Positions 47,738-61,390 of a stretch of DNA of 64,000 nucleotides are shown piece after piece. Within the stretch, counting starts at the first letter, position 1, and each line of letters opens with the position of its first letter. Location of the stretch: assembly GCA_964036045.1 (NCBI GenBank), contig OZ038378.1:28582001-28646000 (forward strand), read 5' to 3'. The notes under the pieces were generated by a model. The model was not told the origin of the DNA and searched no databases. It saw nothing but the letters and a program-made list of their open reading frames with translations. The DNA comes from Eutreptiella sp. 'Long Island Sound 2002'. Lineage: Eukaryota > Protista > Euglenida. The position numbers were made by a program, and so were the translations under genes.

Positions 47738-48555
47738 ATTGGGGGTTCGCCGGTGCAGTACATCACTAAATGCGCAGACTGGTGGGGGAGGGAATGGAGG
47801 TGTGTGCCATCAAGGCTGAGTGAGGAAAGGGGAGGGGTTGGGGGGTGGGGGAGCCAGAAAATTTGGAGAAAGCAGGAAAATCCGATGCGTAGATAAAGTG
47901 TATCACCGCGAGCACAGGATACACACTTTCTTTTTTTTTCGGGGGGGGGGGGGTTGCACACATGATACACACTCTTGAACTTGGAATACACATGTGGTCC
48001 ATGACATCCAAGAGCTGAGAGAAGAGATCTTGGCCATCCCCCACAATACACATTGACATACCAGCAAAAATTCTTCAAATATCACTGCTTTATCATGTCT
48101 GAGAGCCACAAGGGACCGGGGGAAGGAAGCGCTTGGGACTACAGAAGCAAGAAAAGGCTATGAGACACACGTGACACACAATCTTAAAAATTGGGATACA
48201 GTTGGCTACAGTAATTGGTATTGTTGGGATACACCTTATCGACACAAGTGATCCAAACACTCAGCGTACTGAATCACACTGTTCCCGGGATATGAATTGA
48301 TGGACCGCTCCCAGTGCTTTCCCATTCTTTCCATCTGCAGCACCCAACAATCTGCCCCGCCCAAACTGCCGACACTGTGCAAATCCATCAAATGACTGGC
48401 AACCAATAGTGTGCTCCACGTCTCACATAGTGTTCAAATATGAGTCCAACAGCAGGTGGCGGTATGCATTCTGATTGGGTCACCCTTGTTCATGCAGCAC
48501 AACATACATCGGCACACAGCAAGGACACACACACACACACACGTACACACACACG

Positions 48556-48587
<32 letters not shown>

Positions 48588-49140
48588 CTGCGAAGCTGCG
48601 AAGGGAGGCCTGCCTGAGCCCAGCACACAACACATGCATCACATGGGGCAGGGCTGGGAAAGGGCAGGAGTGGTTTGGTTAGGGGGGCGTGGGGCAGGGC
48701 TATCATTATGGAATAAACCACTTTGGCGGGGGGGGGGGGGGGGGGCTGAAGCGCTGGACCATCAACAGATACCCACTATCGTGCTTTGGCAATCACCCAT
48801 CGTCAGTCAAGCCCAATTCTGTCACCGAGAAAGGAAACAATCCTGACAAAAAAAGAACAAAAAAGACCAAGGAAACTTCATCGCTAAGACGACTTTTTTG
48901 GACTATTCAGGGTTGGTACAATCGACTGAATGTCCGCTTGGACAGTGCCCGCTGCCACACTGCGAGCAGCACAACACCTGAACGGCCGCACACTGAGCAT
49001 GGCGACATCCAATCTGCTCGCGATCCCTCACAGCTCTTTGACAGCCCGTCCACAGCCCATCCACAGCCCCTTCACAACCTCCATCGTGGTTGCACAATCC
49101 ACATTCCCGCCACAGCCCCTGAACGCTAGCCACTCCCCTC

Positions 49141-49191
<51 letters not shown>

Positions 49192-49700
49192 ACACCACAC
49201 CGAAGAAAACAATAGGCCCTGTGAACAGTATGCCCCCTGAACAGATGCGCATCCTATGGGCAGAGCGCGTAGCAGTTGGTTAGGGAGGGGGGATGCGGCC
49301 CATTCAATGACTCGCCCATCTTCCCTCCGCAGGTGGTAGCTTGAAAACCCCTCCGGGTCCTGAAATAGTTGCCATTTCTTCACAAATCTGCCTCAAATGA
49401 CTGGGGGCCATTTGGGGCAGACAGAGGCAGGAGATCGGTGTCTTTGCACGACAGCCTCCCTTGCACACTGCACTATCGGGTGTCACCGCATCACACGGAG
49501 GGCAAAGCTGGAAGGAAAGCCAGGAAGCAGTGCACATGCAAAATGCACGTGCAGAACAGCTTGCCCCCAACACACGCATGTGCACGTCCGTCGAGATCCA
49601 TGCGCGCACACCGTCGGAATGGCACCGTGGGTACACTTAGCCCCAGCCCTGACCCGAGACGTTGTCTGTCGATTGTAAAAGCAACACACAGATAGAATAA

Positions 49701-49701
<1 letters not shown>

Positions 49702-49744
<43 letters not shown>
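49702..49744. repeat. (CAG)n trinucleotide tract; a (GAG)n tract lies at about 51887-51930
   Basis: Directly visible. Confidence 0.9.
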
Positions 49745-52700
49745 CAGAACACCATAACACCCTCAGGCACTGCTTAAATACACAGACAGACATGGTTAAA
49801 GAAAGAAGAGTAGGGTTTGTACTCTGGCTCAATGGAAGAATTTCTGGCAATTGCCAACCTCTCAAGACAGCAATGGATTTCGTGGGACTATATGAATGGT
49901 AGAGGGCCGGGACGAAAGGATTAGCTAAATTACAAGGGCTGATGAGGTACATCATGGGGACCTGGGGTTAGAAAGTTGTGCAGCAAGGATTCTGGAGAGA
50001 CCCTCAGCATCGATCACGCATCATATGTGAGTGTACCTTACATGCATGCACTTCATATATCTGATTGTATACATGTTGACAAGGCCAACCGGTAACCCAA
50101 GCAGTCGGTAGGGGGTGATCCTTACGAAGAAGAAAAGCAAAACATAAATCAGACCAGGGGGAAGAGGTACGAAATAACTGCCATCAAATTGCTTGTGGTC
50201 AGCAGGTAAATTGAAAAATGTGGGTTTCAGGTTGCAGCCTGGGGCTGACTGTGCGTCCATCCAACACCGAAGGACTGCGGTGGGTTGGGCTTTGGGCTGC
50301 ACACATCATTCGCTTTGTAGGAACTAATGAACATGGGATGGCCAAACCACTTCCGTGGTACATGTGGTACGCGGTGACACACACGCTGTTTTAAGCGCGA
50401 GCGGCGAAACCTCCTGAACCGGCCCGGCAATCCCCAGGCAGCCTCCAATCTCGAAATCCCTCAGCGTCTTCCCGCTTGCAGACACCCTCATGCTAGCACA
50501 TCGAATTGGGCACGAGCTCAGAGTAACTGGGCCGCCAGGTTATCCAGCCAAGCCTCCAAATTGATGATTGTTTGATCAAGAGTGACTTGCACCCAAGTCT
50601 CAAGGGCCCGAGAGGCCCTGAAATGGTCCACTGTCTTCTTCATGCGCTCGAGGTCTTGCTTGTACTCACATTCAATAAGAATCTGCACAACGTGGAAGGC
50701 CTGCACAGTGCCATTGCAGCAACTGACTGTGGCTTCATGATTGCGCAGGGCACTTGTGTAGCGGGGCATTTTCAACCAGGGCCAATGCTGTTCTGCCTTG
50801 GGCGTGGCAACGCTGATGGACATGCACCACCAGTGCAAGTGCAGCGGAGATCAGCTGCGACTGCTCACTGCACAAACCGATTTGCTGCACGATCCCCAAC
50901 TTGCATATGCGGATGTGCACGAATGTCACGCCACGCCACAAGGGGCGAGTGTGCCCTCACCTGGCCAGTGACCACACGGGCTGTTCTGCTAACGGATAAG
51001 AGCTGCCCCGCTGAATGGAACAAAGGGTCTTTGAGGTTTCTGATAACAGCAGTGCCCCCCAAAAGCAGAGCCTCCAGCAACGCAACAAGAATGTGCGCTT
51101 ATCATGAGTGGATACTTGCTGTACTATGGCTTGGGCCTAAGCTTAGGCGTTGCTCGGCCATTGTTACACATACAGTGGCTGTCGAGGCATGGTGCTTCAC
51201 AAACGAGGTACTTTCCTCGCCGGGAATGCCTTGGCATTCCCACGAACCGGAAAAAAATGCTGCCGTTCAAAAGAAAAAATGGTCCTTTTGCGCTGCAAGG
51301 TAGTGGTGTTGTCCGGGGGCTCCGTGCATGTAGGGGTCGAGGCCGATTCACGATGCTGACGTGGCCACAGCTCGCGGTGGCAGTCTGTGCTCCTGAAGCT
51401 CACAGGCGGTGCTGGGGCCTCCTGCCTGTTGTCCTTCGCCCCCAACCGGACAAGACCTGTTCGCTTGCTCCACGCCGGCAAGGAGGTCCACAGGGCACAG
51501 AGGGGCCACACCAGCGCAGATGCATGCAGCACCCCTCCCTGCAGGGCTGGTTGCACGCAGCGTCTCTGGAGGGCAGAGCTGTTGCATACCTTGCAGGTGT
51601 CGTACTCCAGTCCCGAGGAGAAATTTTCCATGTCCATTTCCCCGTACCTGGCAATGGCATGACAGAGAACCATGAGCCACCACGCATCACCGGCATGGAG
51701 GAGTTGCAAAGGGGGGGCGGTGGGCATCCACAAACTGCCAGCAAATCCGCAGTGCATTTGCCCTCAACCGCCCCAGGGATGGATACAAGGAGGGGGGGGG
51801 GGTTGCCGCCCACCCCCTCCCATATATCGCACTAAGTCGCCCCCCCCCCTACCTCGGAGGTAGGGGGGGTTAAGGGGGGGGGGGTAGGAGGAGGAGGAGG
51901 AGGAGGAGGAGGAGGAGGAGGAGGAGGAGCTCCAGCGATGGTCCCACGTACCGTGGGCCGCTGCCTCGTCCCCCGGGGGTCCCACGCAGACCAGCCAAGG
52001 GAGTCCTCCATGTTACCTCCGCCAGAGCAAGGCGAATCTGGCCGCACACCTGAGGACGCTCCTCCTGGCAGGTCGGCGTGCGGCGACGTTACGGTCCGAA
52101 CCACCGTCCAGGTCCCTGTCACCAGCCCTGATGGCTCTGGTCCATTCGAGTCAGCTTTCTTGAGGCAGCCAGAGATATTTTGGGTGCGGGTCTCCACAGG
52201 GGCTTCACCCCAGGCTTGGGAACGCCACTGGGCGATGGGAGACGCATCCCAGCACGACTGAGCGCAACACCAGCACGTACCGGGTGCGCGAGGCCGAGGA
52301 GGTAGTCAAGCGCGCCGCCAAGGACACCGGGAGGGGTGTGCCCGCAGCCCGAGGGCCACTTGCACATCCATGCAGGTGGTGCAGGGAGCTTGGGAGGCTG
52401 CACTGAGGATGGCGGTGAACACGAAATGGAGTGTGTAACCCCACTTGGGACCTTGTCTCCACAGAGGCCAACCTCTAGGCATCATCCACCTCTACCGTAG
52501 TGGATAGCCCAAAGGCGGCGGCGGTCTACGAAGGAGGTTGTTAGCTCGCGGCGGTGGCTGGCACTGTCCAGGATGACAACCTCGGGGTGCACCTCGTGGA
52601 TCGCTGTCCTCATGGCGGTCGGGATGCGATTGGCGGTGGTGTAGTGTAAAGGACGCGGCTGCTGCCTCCCTTGCGACGGCTAGGGGTGGCAAGGACGGTG

Positions 52701-52899
52701 TCTCGGTACGCTACCAATAGGCCCTCCGAGGCCTAGAGGCCGAGGCGGACGTCCCATGTGGGCCATCTGGGTGCTTCTCGTTCTTGTTCCCAATTGGCGA
52801 CGAGGTACCATGTAGGCGGGAGGCGCTTGGCGAGGGCCATATCCGGGGGGGGGGGGGGGTCTAAAGCGGGAGTAGCCCCCCATGAGCGGGAGGGTGGAG

Positions 52900-55800
52900 A
52901 GAATCTTGGTTAGCGCCACGTCGCAGAGAAGACGTCGAAGGCTAGCACACTGCAACCCGCGATGGAGGAGGCCGTCCTAGTGAGCGGGAGAGGGGTCGTC
53001 AAGGTGGCCAACGATGTAGCTGGGAAGGTTGTCGTGTTGGGGAGAGCAGGAAACGGAGGAAGGGGGCGTTGCCCCAAAGGATAAGGACGCCCTAGGCCTT
53101 GGCCCGGCAGTGGCGCCATGTGGTATAGCGAAGGGGAAGTTGGGTTGCCATCCAGCGGTGGTAATGGGCCCGGAGGAGTGCGTCCATGGGGCAGTCCAAG
53201 ATGTGGTCGTCCGGCGCAGGCGTGAGGCAGACTAGGCACGGCTCCTCATGAGGCGGGAACATGGAGAGTCGGAGTCCCGTTATCGTCAAGTGATCTCCCC
53301 ACGAGAGGAGGCCGTGGCTGATGGCATCTGCGTATTCCGTTAGCTGGGGGTTGTGTACGGGTGGGGGCGCTACGGCTGACGCATAGTGTGCAGCCATGAA
53401 GGCCCGGAGGGCAAGGGGGAGAGGTTGGTGGATTTGGATTCCAGCAGGGGAGAAGCAGACGCGAAGCTGCTGCAGAGGCTCTACGCATGATGTCTAGGCA
53501 GGGTAGGTCTCGGCGACAAGTTCGGCGGCCTTGTCCACCTCGTCGAGGAGCTTTTTGAGCCAAGTGCCGGTGATGTGGGGATAGATGTGGCCACGGGGGG
53601 GGGGGGGGCTCGCCGGCCGCCAGGGTACGGCACGCCCGGACTAGGTCGCTCTGCAAGGTGTCCTCTGGCTCCTTGTGTCCCTCATGGGCTGTGATGTATG
53701 ATTGGTAGTCAATGAAGTGCCAAGCATTGGCGCACTATGCAAACGCGCGTTAACCTACACGTCTTGGGCGGTCACGGCCATCTAGGTAGTATAGAGCTCT
53801 GCTGTGTAGGAATTGTCTAGGTGCATCGGGATGGGGACCGGGTGGATGTGGAATCGCAAGGTGCGGGGGCAAAACACAGCCACAACCCCACCACATTGGT
53901 GAGCCGTAGGACAACAGGAAGCGTCGTGGAGGATGCCGCAGTCCGCCGGTTGAAGGTGGGGATGAGGGCTCATACCGCCCCGTAGGTGGAAACGGGGGGG
54001 GCGTGCCAACTGGGGGGGGGGGGGGGGGTTATCACTTGAGGCCACCCAGCCCGATGCGCCGCCTCGGCACTCCGGTGACTGGCAATCATCTAGGCGTGGG
54101 TGTTGAGAACCTCCAGGGGGGGGGGGGGGAGAAGACAAGGCCATGACGTGGGGTTGGTGTTCCGGGAGGTGCTCGGCTGGGGGGAGGTGGATGGTGATGT
54201 CACTTTGGGAGCACAGTGCAACAAAGATGTCATGGTCGGTGGGGTGGGCAGGGCATCATACCCTAAGGTCTGCGGTGAGGCAGGGTTGTTGCGGATGGAA
54301 CCGCCCGAGGGCCGTGAGGAGCCCATGCCGGGTGGAGCGCCGGATAAGGGGATTGGGGTCGTTGAGGTGCCGGGTGTAGACTGCGAAGAAGTTCGCGTAC
54401 CCAACGATCTGAGAGGGGGGGATCCCAACTCCTCCTTCCAAGACGTCCGTCACGCCGTGGGCGCAGGCCTTCGGGGCCCACCCCGTAGGCGCTCGTATGG
54501 CGGACGCAGATGAACATGGCGATGGGGTAATGGGCTGGCAACCGAGGGACCTGGAGAACGCGGCTCACAACGCGCACGCCGGTGAAGAGCTTGCGGGAGT
54601 CCACTGCGTGGAACCGATGGGGGAGAGCGTGCCGACCGAGGACCCGAAAGTACTCCTGGCTAGAGGCGCATTGGATCGGATGTCTGTTGAGGTAAATTGT
54701 GCCACTGAGGAATTGGAGCATCCCGTTGCGCATCTTGGTGCCGACGAGGACGGTCTTGGTGGGGTCAAAGTATAGGTTGATGAGCCGCCCGGCACACTGG
54801 ATACCTTGTGCCCGGCGGGGGAGGCAGCTGTGTGTCGTCCATTAGGAGGATGCGGTGCAACTCTCCTGCGGGGGTAAGGGCCGGGGGCATGTCACGGTAT
54901 GCCTCGCGGCTCCGGACCTCTAGTAGACACAATAATTCAACCCCAAGACGGGGCACCCCTGTCCAGTGCGCGCATGCAGACTGTGGTGGACGCGGCTTTG
55001 CCGTCCGTTCCGCCCATGTGGGTCTCTAGACGTCGGTCATGGTTTTGGAGGATGCGGGCGTCCGTGTCAAAGACACCAACGGATAATATGACCGCGTGCT
55101 CCGTGTCATGGCTCAGGGAGTTGTAGGCATGGCGGGTGTTGTCCGACAAGATCCACACCCCGAGCTGCCTCCGCCAACGGTCCCAACTAACGTCGTGGAG
55201 CACGCGGAGCAGCTCGACAGAGGAGCTCTTGGGGCATTGCCCGAACTGGTGGGAGGACGCCGCACCCAATCAGTCTAGGCTAGTTGTGGTCCTTGAGGAG
55301 CGTTGTCATAATCTTCCACATCGTGGACAAGTTGGTGAGAGGGCAGCTGTTACCAATGGGCCCGGGCGGCTATGTCTTGGGAAGATTAATTAAGTTGGCA
55401 GAGTGCTAGGGGGGACGGGACGTTGTTGAGGATGACATTGACCATGTCGACAACGGTCGAGAGCTGGGGTTCGGTAAGCTGGATGTACAACTTGTACTCC
55501 AGCAAGTCATGGTAGGGGACCGTGGCAGAGGCACGGTGGAGGATCGCTTGGGTATTGGCGATGGTGGCGGAGGGGGGTGGTCCCACCCCCGGAGAGGGAC
55601 CCGCGGAGTGGGGGACCTCTCCACCCCGTGATGAGCCGCACTCAGGTTGGGGTTAGGGATTCAAGCGGCGCGAGGTGATGTTGACGGAGATGATCCAAGA
55701 CGACCGCGCTGTGCTAGTGCAGAGGGGGCCACATGGCGCTTTCCCGTTGTGCGGCGATAGCCCACCTTCGTGGGCTGTAGGAGTTTGGGGCTTCAGCGCA

Positions 55801-56140
55801 AACCCCACATCCTTCTCCAGCGTGAGGACGTCCCACGCTGCTCGGATTTGCTCTTATCAGCGGGCGACTTCCGCTAAGTGCGGGGCGTGGATGGCCCAAT
55901 CTGCGTGCGTCTCGGTGTAGTGGCCCCGGCGGAGAGTGGGGGTTTGCACGGCGGTGGGAACAAGGCGGGTGGTCTGTGACGGGCCGTACGCAGCCGTGGC
56001 AGCCGCCCTGAGCACCGAGGTTACGGCTGAGAACCTTGACCCGACGCGTCCAAGGCATGGGATAGGGAGGCATGCTCCTGGAACGTTTCATTGAGGGTCC
56101 GGAGTTGGGACTCAAGGGGCTAACGAGGGATGGCAAATGT
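52900..56140 (-). mobile_element. Decayed non-LTR retrotransposon (LINE): reverse transcriptase and C-terminal CCHC
   Basis: Across frameshifts: QFGQCPKSSSVELL...ILSDNTRHAYNSLSH (RT motif 3), TGQGCPVLGLNYCVY (motif 4, about 54920-54970), ILLMDD (motif 5, about 54840) and CLVC...DHILDCP (about 53200-53250). Confidence 0.75.
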
Positions 56141-56519
56141 GCCGCGCTTGGGGGGGGGTCACCTGCACCGCGCGCTACTTTTGCAACGTGTTTAGCCCAA
56201 AGGGGCTAGTTGTGACAACCCCCCCCCTCAAAATGACCCCGAAGGAGAGATAACCCTTGGGTACCACACACCGGGGCTAAGCTTCGAGGGAGGAATCTTC
56301 AAAGAGCAACAAACGACATTGGTATAGCACCTCGTCTCGCCCGATCTGGCACTGCAAGCATGGACGGCTTGATGAAACAACTTAGTGCAGTAGTCCAACT
56401 CAAAAGAACCACGGACTAGGCTCAAAACCCCTAGACGAGGACCCCCCGGGGCAGAAGCTGCAGCTGCTTGGTTAGGCCAAACCCGTTCTCGGTCGCTAGC
56501 GTGACGCATTGCCACGCTA

Positions 56520-56950
56520 GTGTCTACCTGCCGGCGGATGGCTACCTGGTGGTCCTATAAGAAGTCGTAGACCGGCTCTACCCCCACATTCTCCTCACGC
56601 CCGCTCACGTAGTCCTCCTCATTGGCGACTTCAATGCCAATTCCACTGGGTGAAATAGTTCCCCATATCACCACCCCCCAACGGTGACCTCATGCTACCC
56701 ACCTTGGCCCGCCTTGGCCTCCGCCGTCTGGGGCCCCTTGTGTAGGCCCCCACGTGCCTTCGAACCGACGCAGAAGCTGCCCGCACCACCTCGGTGCGCT
56801 CCGCTCCAAGTTTCCCCTTTTGCCACGTCCCAGTTGTGGCCACCTACATCGTACCGCGCGGCGCGGAGATTTAGCGCCCGTCTGGAGGGTTGGGTGTTGT
56901 GCCCTCCAACAACCATGTGTGGGGCGTGATAGAGCATGGTGGGGTCGCCC
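56520..56950 (+). pseudogene. Apurinic-endonuclease (APE/EEP) domain fragment of a LINE
   Basis: VYLP...VVLLIGDFNA (about 56620-56640), PTCLRT and VPSNNHVW (SDH-like). Contains stops and frameshifts. Confidence 0.6.
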
Positions 56951-58440
56951 CTAGCAACGGGCGAGGGTGCCTGCATGTATGGTGTGGTGGACGGTTTGGA
57001 GTACTTGGGGCCGAGGTCTTCTAGGTGCAGGGATGTGGGGAACCGGTACTTTCGCAAAGGGGTATCTAGGGCATGGAATTTGGGCGTTGGCCACATCTGC
57101 ACATTCGGGGTGACCATGTCGGGGCGGGATTGGGGATCGGTGTCTTGTGGGCTCGCGAGGCCGGGGGGCCGGTATCCACGCGGCAACCCAACCCTAGAGA
57201 CGTATGTTAAAACCAATATTTTCAATGTTTGCGTCAAAAATTAATGTGTTAACCCAAAGTTGACCCTTTTGGCCAGGGGGTTGACGGGTTTAGACGGGAA
57301 AAACTCTACCCCCACGGGGTGCCTTACGAGATCAGGTGTCATTTTCACCAGGGGGTTGGGGGGGGGGTTTCACCGGTTTCCTTGGAAAAAAATATTAAAA
57401 TGGTCCTGGGGTTTAATTTTTGATTTTAATTTTTCATTTAATATTTGAAATATTAAAAATTAATGCGACACCGACATTAATAATGACCTCATAAAAATTA
57501 ACTGTTTTCTGCTGAAATTAACCTCCCTAAAAATCCCTATAAATGCATAACGAGAAAGGAAATACCTTTGCACGAAGTTTTTGTATTCATGTTTGTAGCC
57601 CATGGCCACTTTGCTGCCCCCCCCCCCCCCGCCCATGTCCTTGTGGTTAGGGTTTGGGAGGGTATGCCCCATTCTTTGTGCGGGCTGTTTTAGGATGATG
57701 GAAATGAAGATTCACGATGGGACAGAGGAAAAGGTTGTAGGTATGTATGTGCGTGTGTGTTTGTGTGTGTTCATTGCTTGCGCATGGGTTGTAGTTTGCA
57801 CATTGCCCGAGAGCAAATATAGGGGGTAGTTCCAACTTCATTGTCACGGGGGGGGGGGGCGTAGCAACGGGCCATACGCGGACTCCCTCCCACTTTCCAG
57901 CCAATTTCAGGGCGGGGGGGGGGCTGAGTCTCGGGGGGGGGGGGGGGTCTAGGGCCGGCTGAAGGGGAGGGGGGCACCCGGACCCCAACATATATGGCTT
58001 AAAACGACCTCCTCATCGCGGCAGACATTTTTGCGGTATGTATGTTGGCAAAAAAAAATTGCAACAGGGGGGGGGGGGTATGGTAGGTGGTACTTGTGTT
58101 AAAGGGCATGGCACCCCCAAGTAAATTCTCGGCCACTGTTGCCAGTGGCGCCCCACCCAGGCCGAACCGCGCATGTTGTGAAGAAGAGGTTGATGTATGT
58201 TTCCAAACCCTTTAGAGGAGAGGGGGGGAAGGGTTTGCAACGCGCGCAATGCCTTCTTTTTCAAAAAAAAGTTCTCTCCGCGCACTCAGTGCCCACAATG
58301 TACGTACGCACTATGCCCGCACACCGGTTGTACATCGTGTGCACCAACGCGCCGCGTGCCCTTCATGGGGTTCTCCTCCTTGGGGCCTGAAAACATGGGT
58401 GATTGGAGTGGTGGAGTTGAGGAAGGTAATGGAAGGGGCG

Positions 58441-58977
58441 CTAAGAGCGCTTGTCCACCAAATTATCAAAGTAGTCCTCGTCGTCACTAGACGAATCGGT
58501 CGCTTCCCGAGTTCTCTTCTTTTTGGCCTCGAGAAGTGTGTCCAGGGGCTTCTTGTCTCTTCCCCGCTTCCCGGTGGACTTCAATGGCCGTGTCCGACAA
58601 TCCCCCTCCGTAGTGGCCTCCGATTCGTAGGGTGGCATGGGTGGAGTATGAGATGATTTTGGTGGCATGGGGGGAGTTGTAGAGGAGGAGGAGGAGGAGG
58701 AGGAGGACGAGGAGGAGGAGGAGGAGGAGGAGGAGCTGTTGTTGGTAGAGGTGTTGGTGAAAGATGTGATGGAAGGAGTGGGCGTATCACCGGCCACTTT
58801 TTGCCTTTTTGACCCGCTCTTGAGGGCACCAACGTTCCATCCGCGAACGGATGCTTCCTCCTCCTCAGTTACACGAAGGCCAGGTGGAATGGGATCGTTG
58901 GGATGGAGAGCAGCAAAATGGGCGGCCATACTGTACAACCAAACCGTGGTTGTGCATTGGGGGCAATTTACCGGTCG
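58441..58977 (-). pseudogene. C-terminal fragment of a C2H2 zinc-finger protein with Ser-rich and basic/acidic tail (copy A; copy B at 58987-59394)
   Basis: RPVNCPQCTTTVWLYSMAAHFAALHP (C-x2-C-x11-H-x4-H), poly-Ser, KKKRTR and SSSDDEDY. The 5' part is replaced by satellite sequence. Confidence 0.5.
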
Positions 58978-59428
58978 GTTGCTACATCACCCCTGCATTC
59001 TCGGCGGTGTCCAACAATCCCCCTCCGTAGTGGCCTCCGATTCGTAGGGTGGCATGGGTGGAGTATGAGATGATGTTGGTGGCATGGGGGGAGTTGTAGA
59101 GGAGGAGGAGGAGGAGGACGACGACGAGGACGAGGACGAGGAGGAGGAGGAGTTGTTGTTGGTAGAGGTGTTGGTGAAAGATGTGATGGAAGGAGTGGGC
59201 GTATCACCGGCCACTTTTTGCCTTTTTGGACCGCTCTTGAGGGCACCAACGTTCCATCCGCGAACGGATGCTTCCTTCTCCTCAGTGACACGAAGGCCAG
59301 GTGGAATGGGATCGTTGGGATGGAGAGCAGCAAAATGGGCGGCCATAGTGTACAACCAAACCGTGGTTGTGCATTGGGGGCAATTTACCGGTCAGTTGCT
59401 ACATCAACCCTGCATTCTCGGCGGTCCC
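58590..59428. repeat. Tandem duplication, two copies of a roughly 417-bp unit
   Basis: CAATCCCCCTCCGTAGTGGCC at 58598 and 59015. The units are nearly identical apart from the (GAG)n tract. Confidence 0.9.
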
Positions 59429-59703
59429 CAACAAAGCGGACAAAGTCAAAGTGGCCCCAAAAGAGGGCGGAAATGCTTCATCACCCCTACATTCTCGGGG
59501 ATCCCCAAACAAATGGGGACAAAATCGGAATTGGCTGCGTAAACCCTGCCTTCTGGGGGGCCCACAACTGGGCGGAAATGCTACGTCAAGCTTGCTTTTT
59601 CGGGGATCCCAAGCAAAGGGGACAAAATCAAAGCACCAAATAAACAAAAAAAACAAAAAAAATTTCCCATGGTGTCCTTGGTCCTGCCTATAGTCTGGCA
59701 GAC

Positions 59704-59775
59704 TGCCCCCACTGGGGTTTGAACCCGGAACCATTCAGTTGCAGAGCCCCTGCTTTACCCACTATGGTATGGGCC
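59704..59775 (-). pseudogene. tRNA-derived pseudogene or SINE head
   Basis: GCCCATACCATAGTGGGTAAAGC...GGGTTCAAACCCC..TGGGGGCA has A/B-box-like motifs and a partly paired acceptor stem. The anticodon arm is unpaired. Confidence 0.45.
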
Positions 59776-60089
59776 ATCTCTGACACACCTCTGACAGAGG
59801 GTGGTATTGATATTTGGTCCAATTTGGTTTTCATCCATTATTGGGTTCTGCTCAGAACACTGAGTATTTTGAGTATAGACACATGGGGTGGAAACCCATT
59901 TTTTCACCCTCTACTAGTTCAAGCAAAATTTTCTGAGGGCGCCTTTGGCGCCCATGGTGCGGCACTTTCCAGCCAATTTCCAGGGACATGGGCGGGGGGG
60001 GGGTCGGCCTAAAGGGTGCGGTCCCGGCGAGCCCCCCATGGTTCCAACTTCATTGGCTATCTCCCCCCTTCACATTGTGGTGTGTAGGA

Positions 60090-61390
60090 TTGTGATGTTT
60101 GGGGCTGTGGTGTGTGGGGATGTGTTGGGGGGGGGCTGTGGTTTGCGGGGCGGTGTTGTGGGGGTGGGTGGGTATCAGGGCTGCGGTGTGTGGGCCTGTG
60201 GTGCGTGGGTTGTGGTGTGTGTGGATGTGGTTCGTGGGGTTGTGGTTCCTGGGGGTGTCATGTTTGGGGCTGTGGTGTGTGGGTGTGGTTTCTAGGGTTG
60301 TGGTGTGTGGCGTTGTGGGGGGGGGGGGTTCTGAAGATCGGGTATGTGGGGGTGTGGTGTTAGGCGCTGTGGTGTGTGGGGGGCTAGTTTCCAGGGCCGT
60401 GGTATGCAGAGGTGTGGTGTTGGCTGCTATGGTGTGTAGGGCTATGGTGTGTGGGCCGTGGTATGCGAGGTTGTGGTGTTGGGCGTTGTGGTGTGGCATT
60501 GTAGGGCTGCGGGTCAACAAGCCTCCCATAACCCCCCCCCCCCGCACCCCATTCCCACACTTGGACAACCGCTTAAAGTGCAGCCTAGAGTATGTTTTCG
60601 TCAAAATAATCTCTGAAGGGGTCCAATTAATATCTGTCGGTTAATATTGAACGTTAATTTTAATATTTGGAACGCCGGTCCAAAAATGAAGTGTTAACCT
60701 CCAGGTATTAAACCAGGTAGTCGAAAAATCAACCTAAAACAATGGGGGCAGTATGGGGGTTTGGTGTGTGTGCCTGTCCTGTCGGGGTATCTGAGGTGTC
60801 ATGTTGGGGTGTGTGGGGTTGTGGGGGTGGGTATATGGTGTGTTGGGTTGTGGTGTGTGGGGCTGCAGTGTAAAGGGTTGTGTTGTAGGTAGCTGTGGTC
60901 TTTGGGGCAGTCGGTAGTGTGTTGGGTCGGTGTTTGGCTGCACGATGTGGGCTCTAGCGCGTTGGGTTGTGATGGGTCGTGCTGTTGGGGGTGGGGCTAG
61001 TGGCTGTGGTGTTGTGGTGCAAGGGCTCACACCACACAGCCCCCACAGCCCCACCCCCCCCCGCAGCAACACCTCCCATAGCCGCAAGCACCACAACGTG
61101 GCACGCTACAACCCCACGCCCTGCAGCCCCATGCCCTGCAGCCCAACACACCACGGCCGAACACCCACAGGATCACACCCCACACACCCCACACCCCACA
61201 CCCCACGCACCCCGCACACCACACACCACAACCGCCCATACCACAAGGGATGCGGGGTGTTGCGCTGCGGCCGGGTGCGGCTAGGTGTGGGGCTGTGGTG
61301 TGTGGGCCTGTGTGGTTTTGGCGTGTGGGGCTGTGGTGTGTGAGGCAGTGAGATGTGGGCCTATGGGGTGTTGGTTTGTGGTGTATAGTG
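60090..61390. repeat. Low-complexity GT-rich minisatellite (GGGCTGTGGTGTGTGG-like) with an inverted CA-rich block at about 61030-61240
   Basis: Repeated TGTGGTGTGTGG motifs and their reverse complement CCACACACCACA. Confidence 0.8.

Noticed and set aside
59945-61343. Long Val/Gly/Cys/Trp-rich or His/Thr/Pro-rich ORFs
   Set aside because: They derive from the GT-rich minisatellite.
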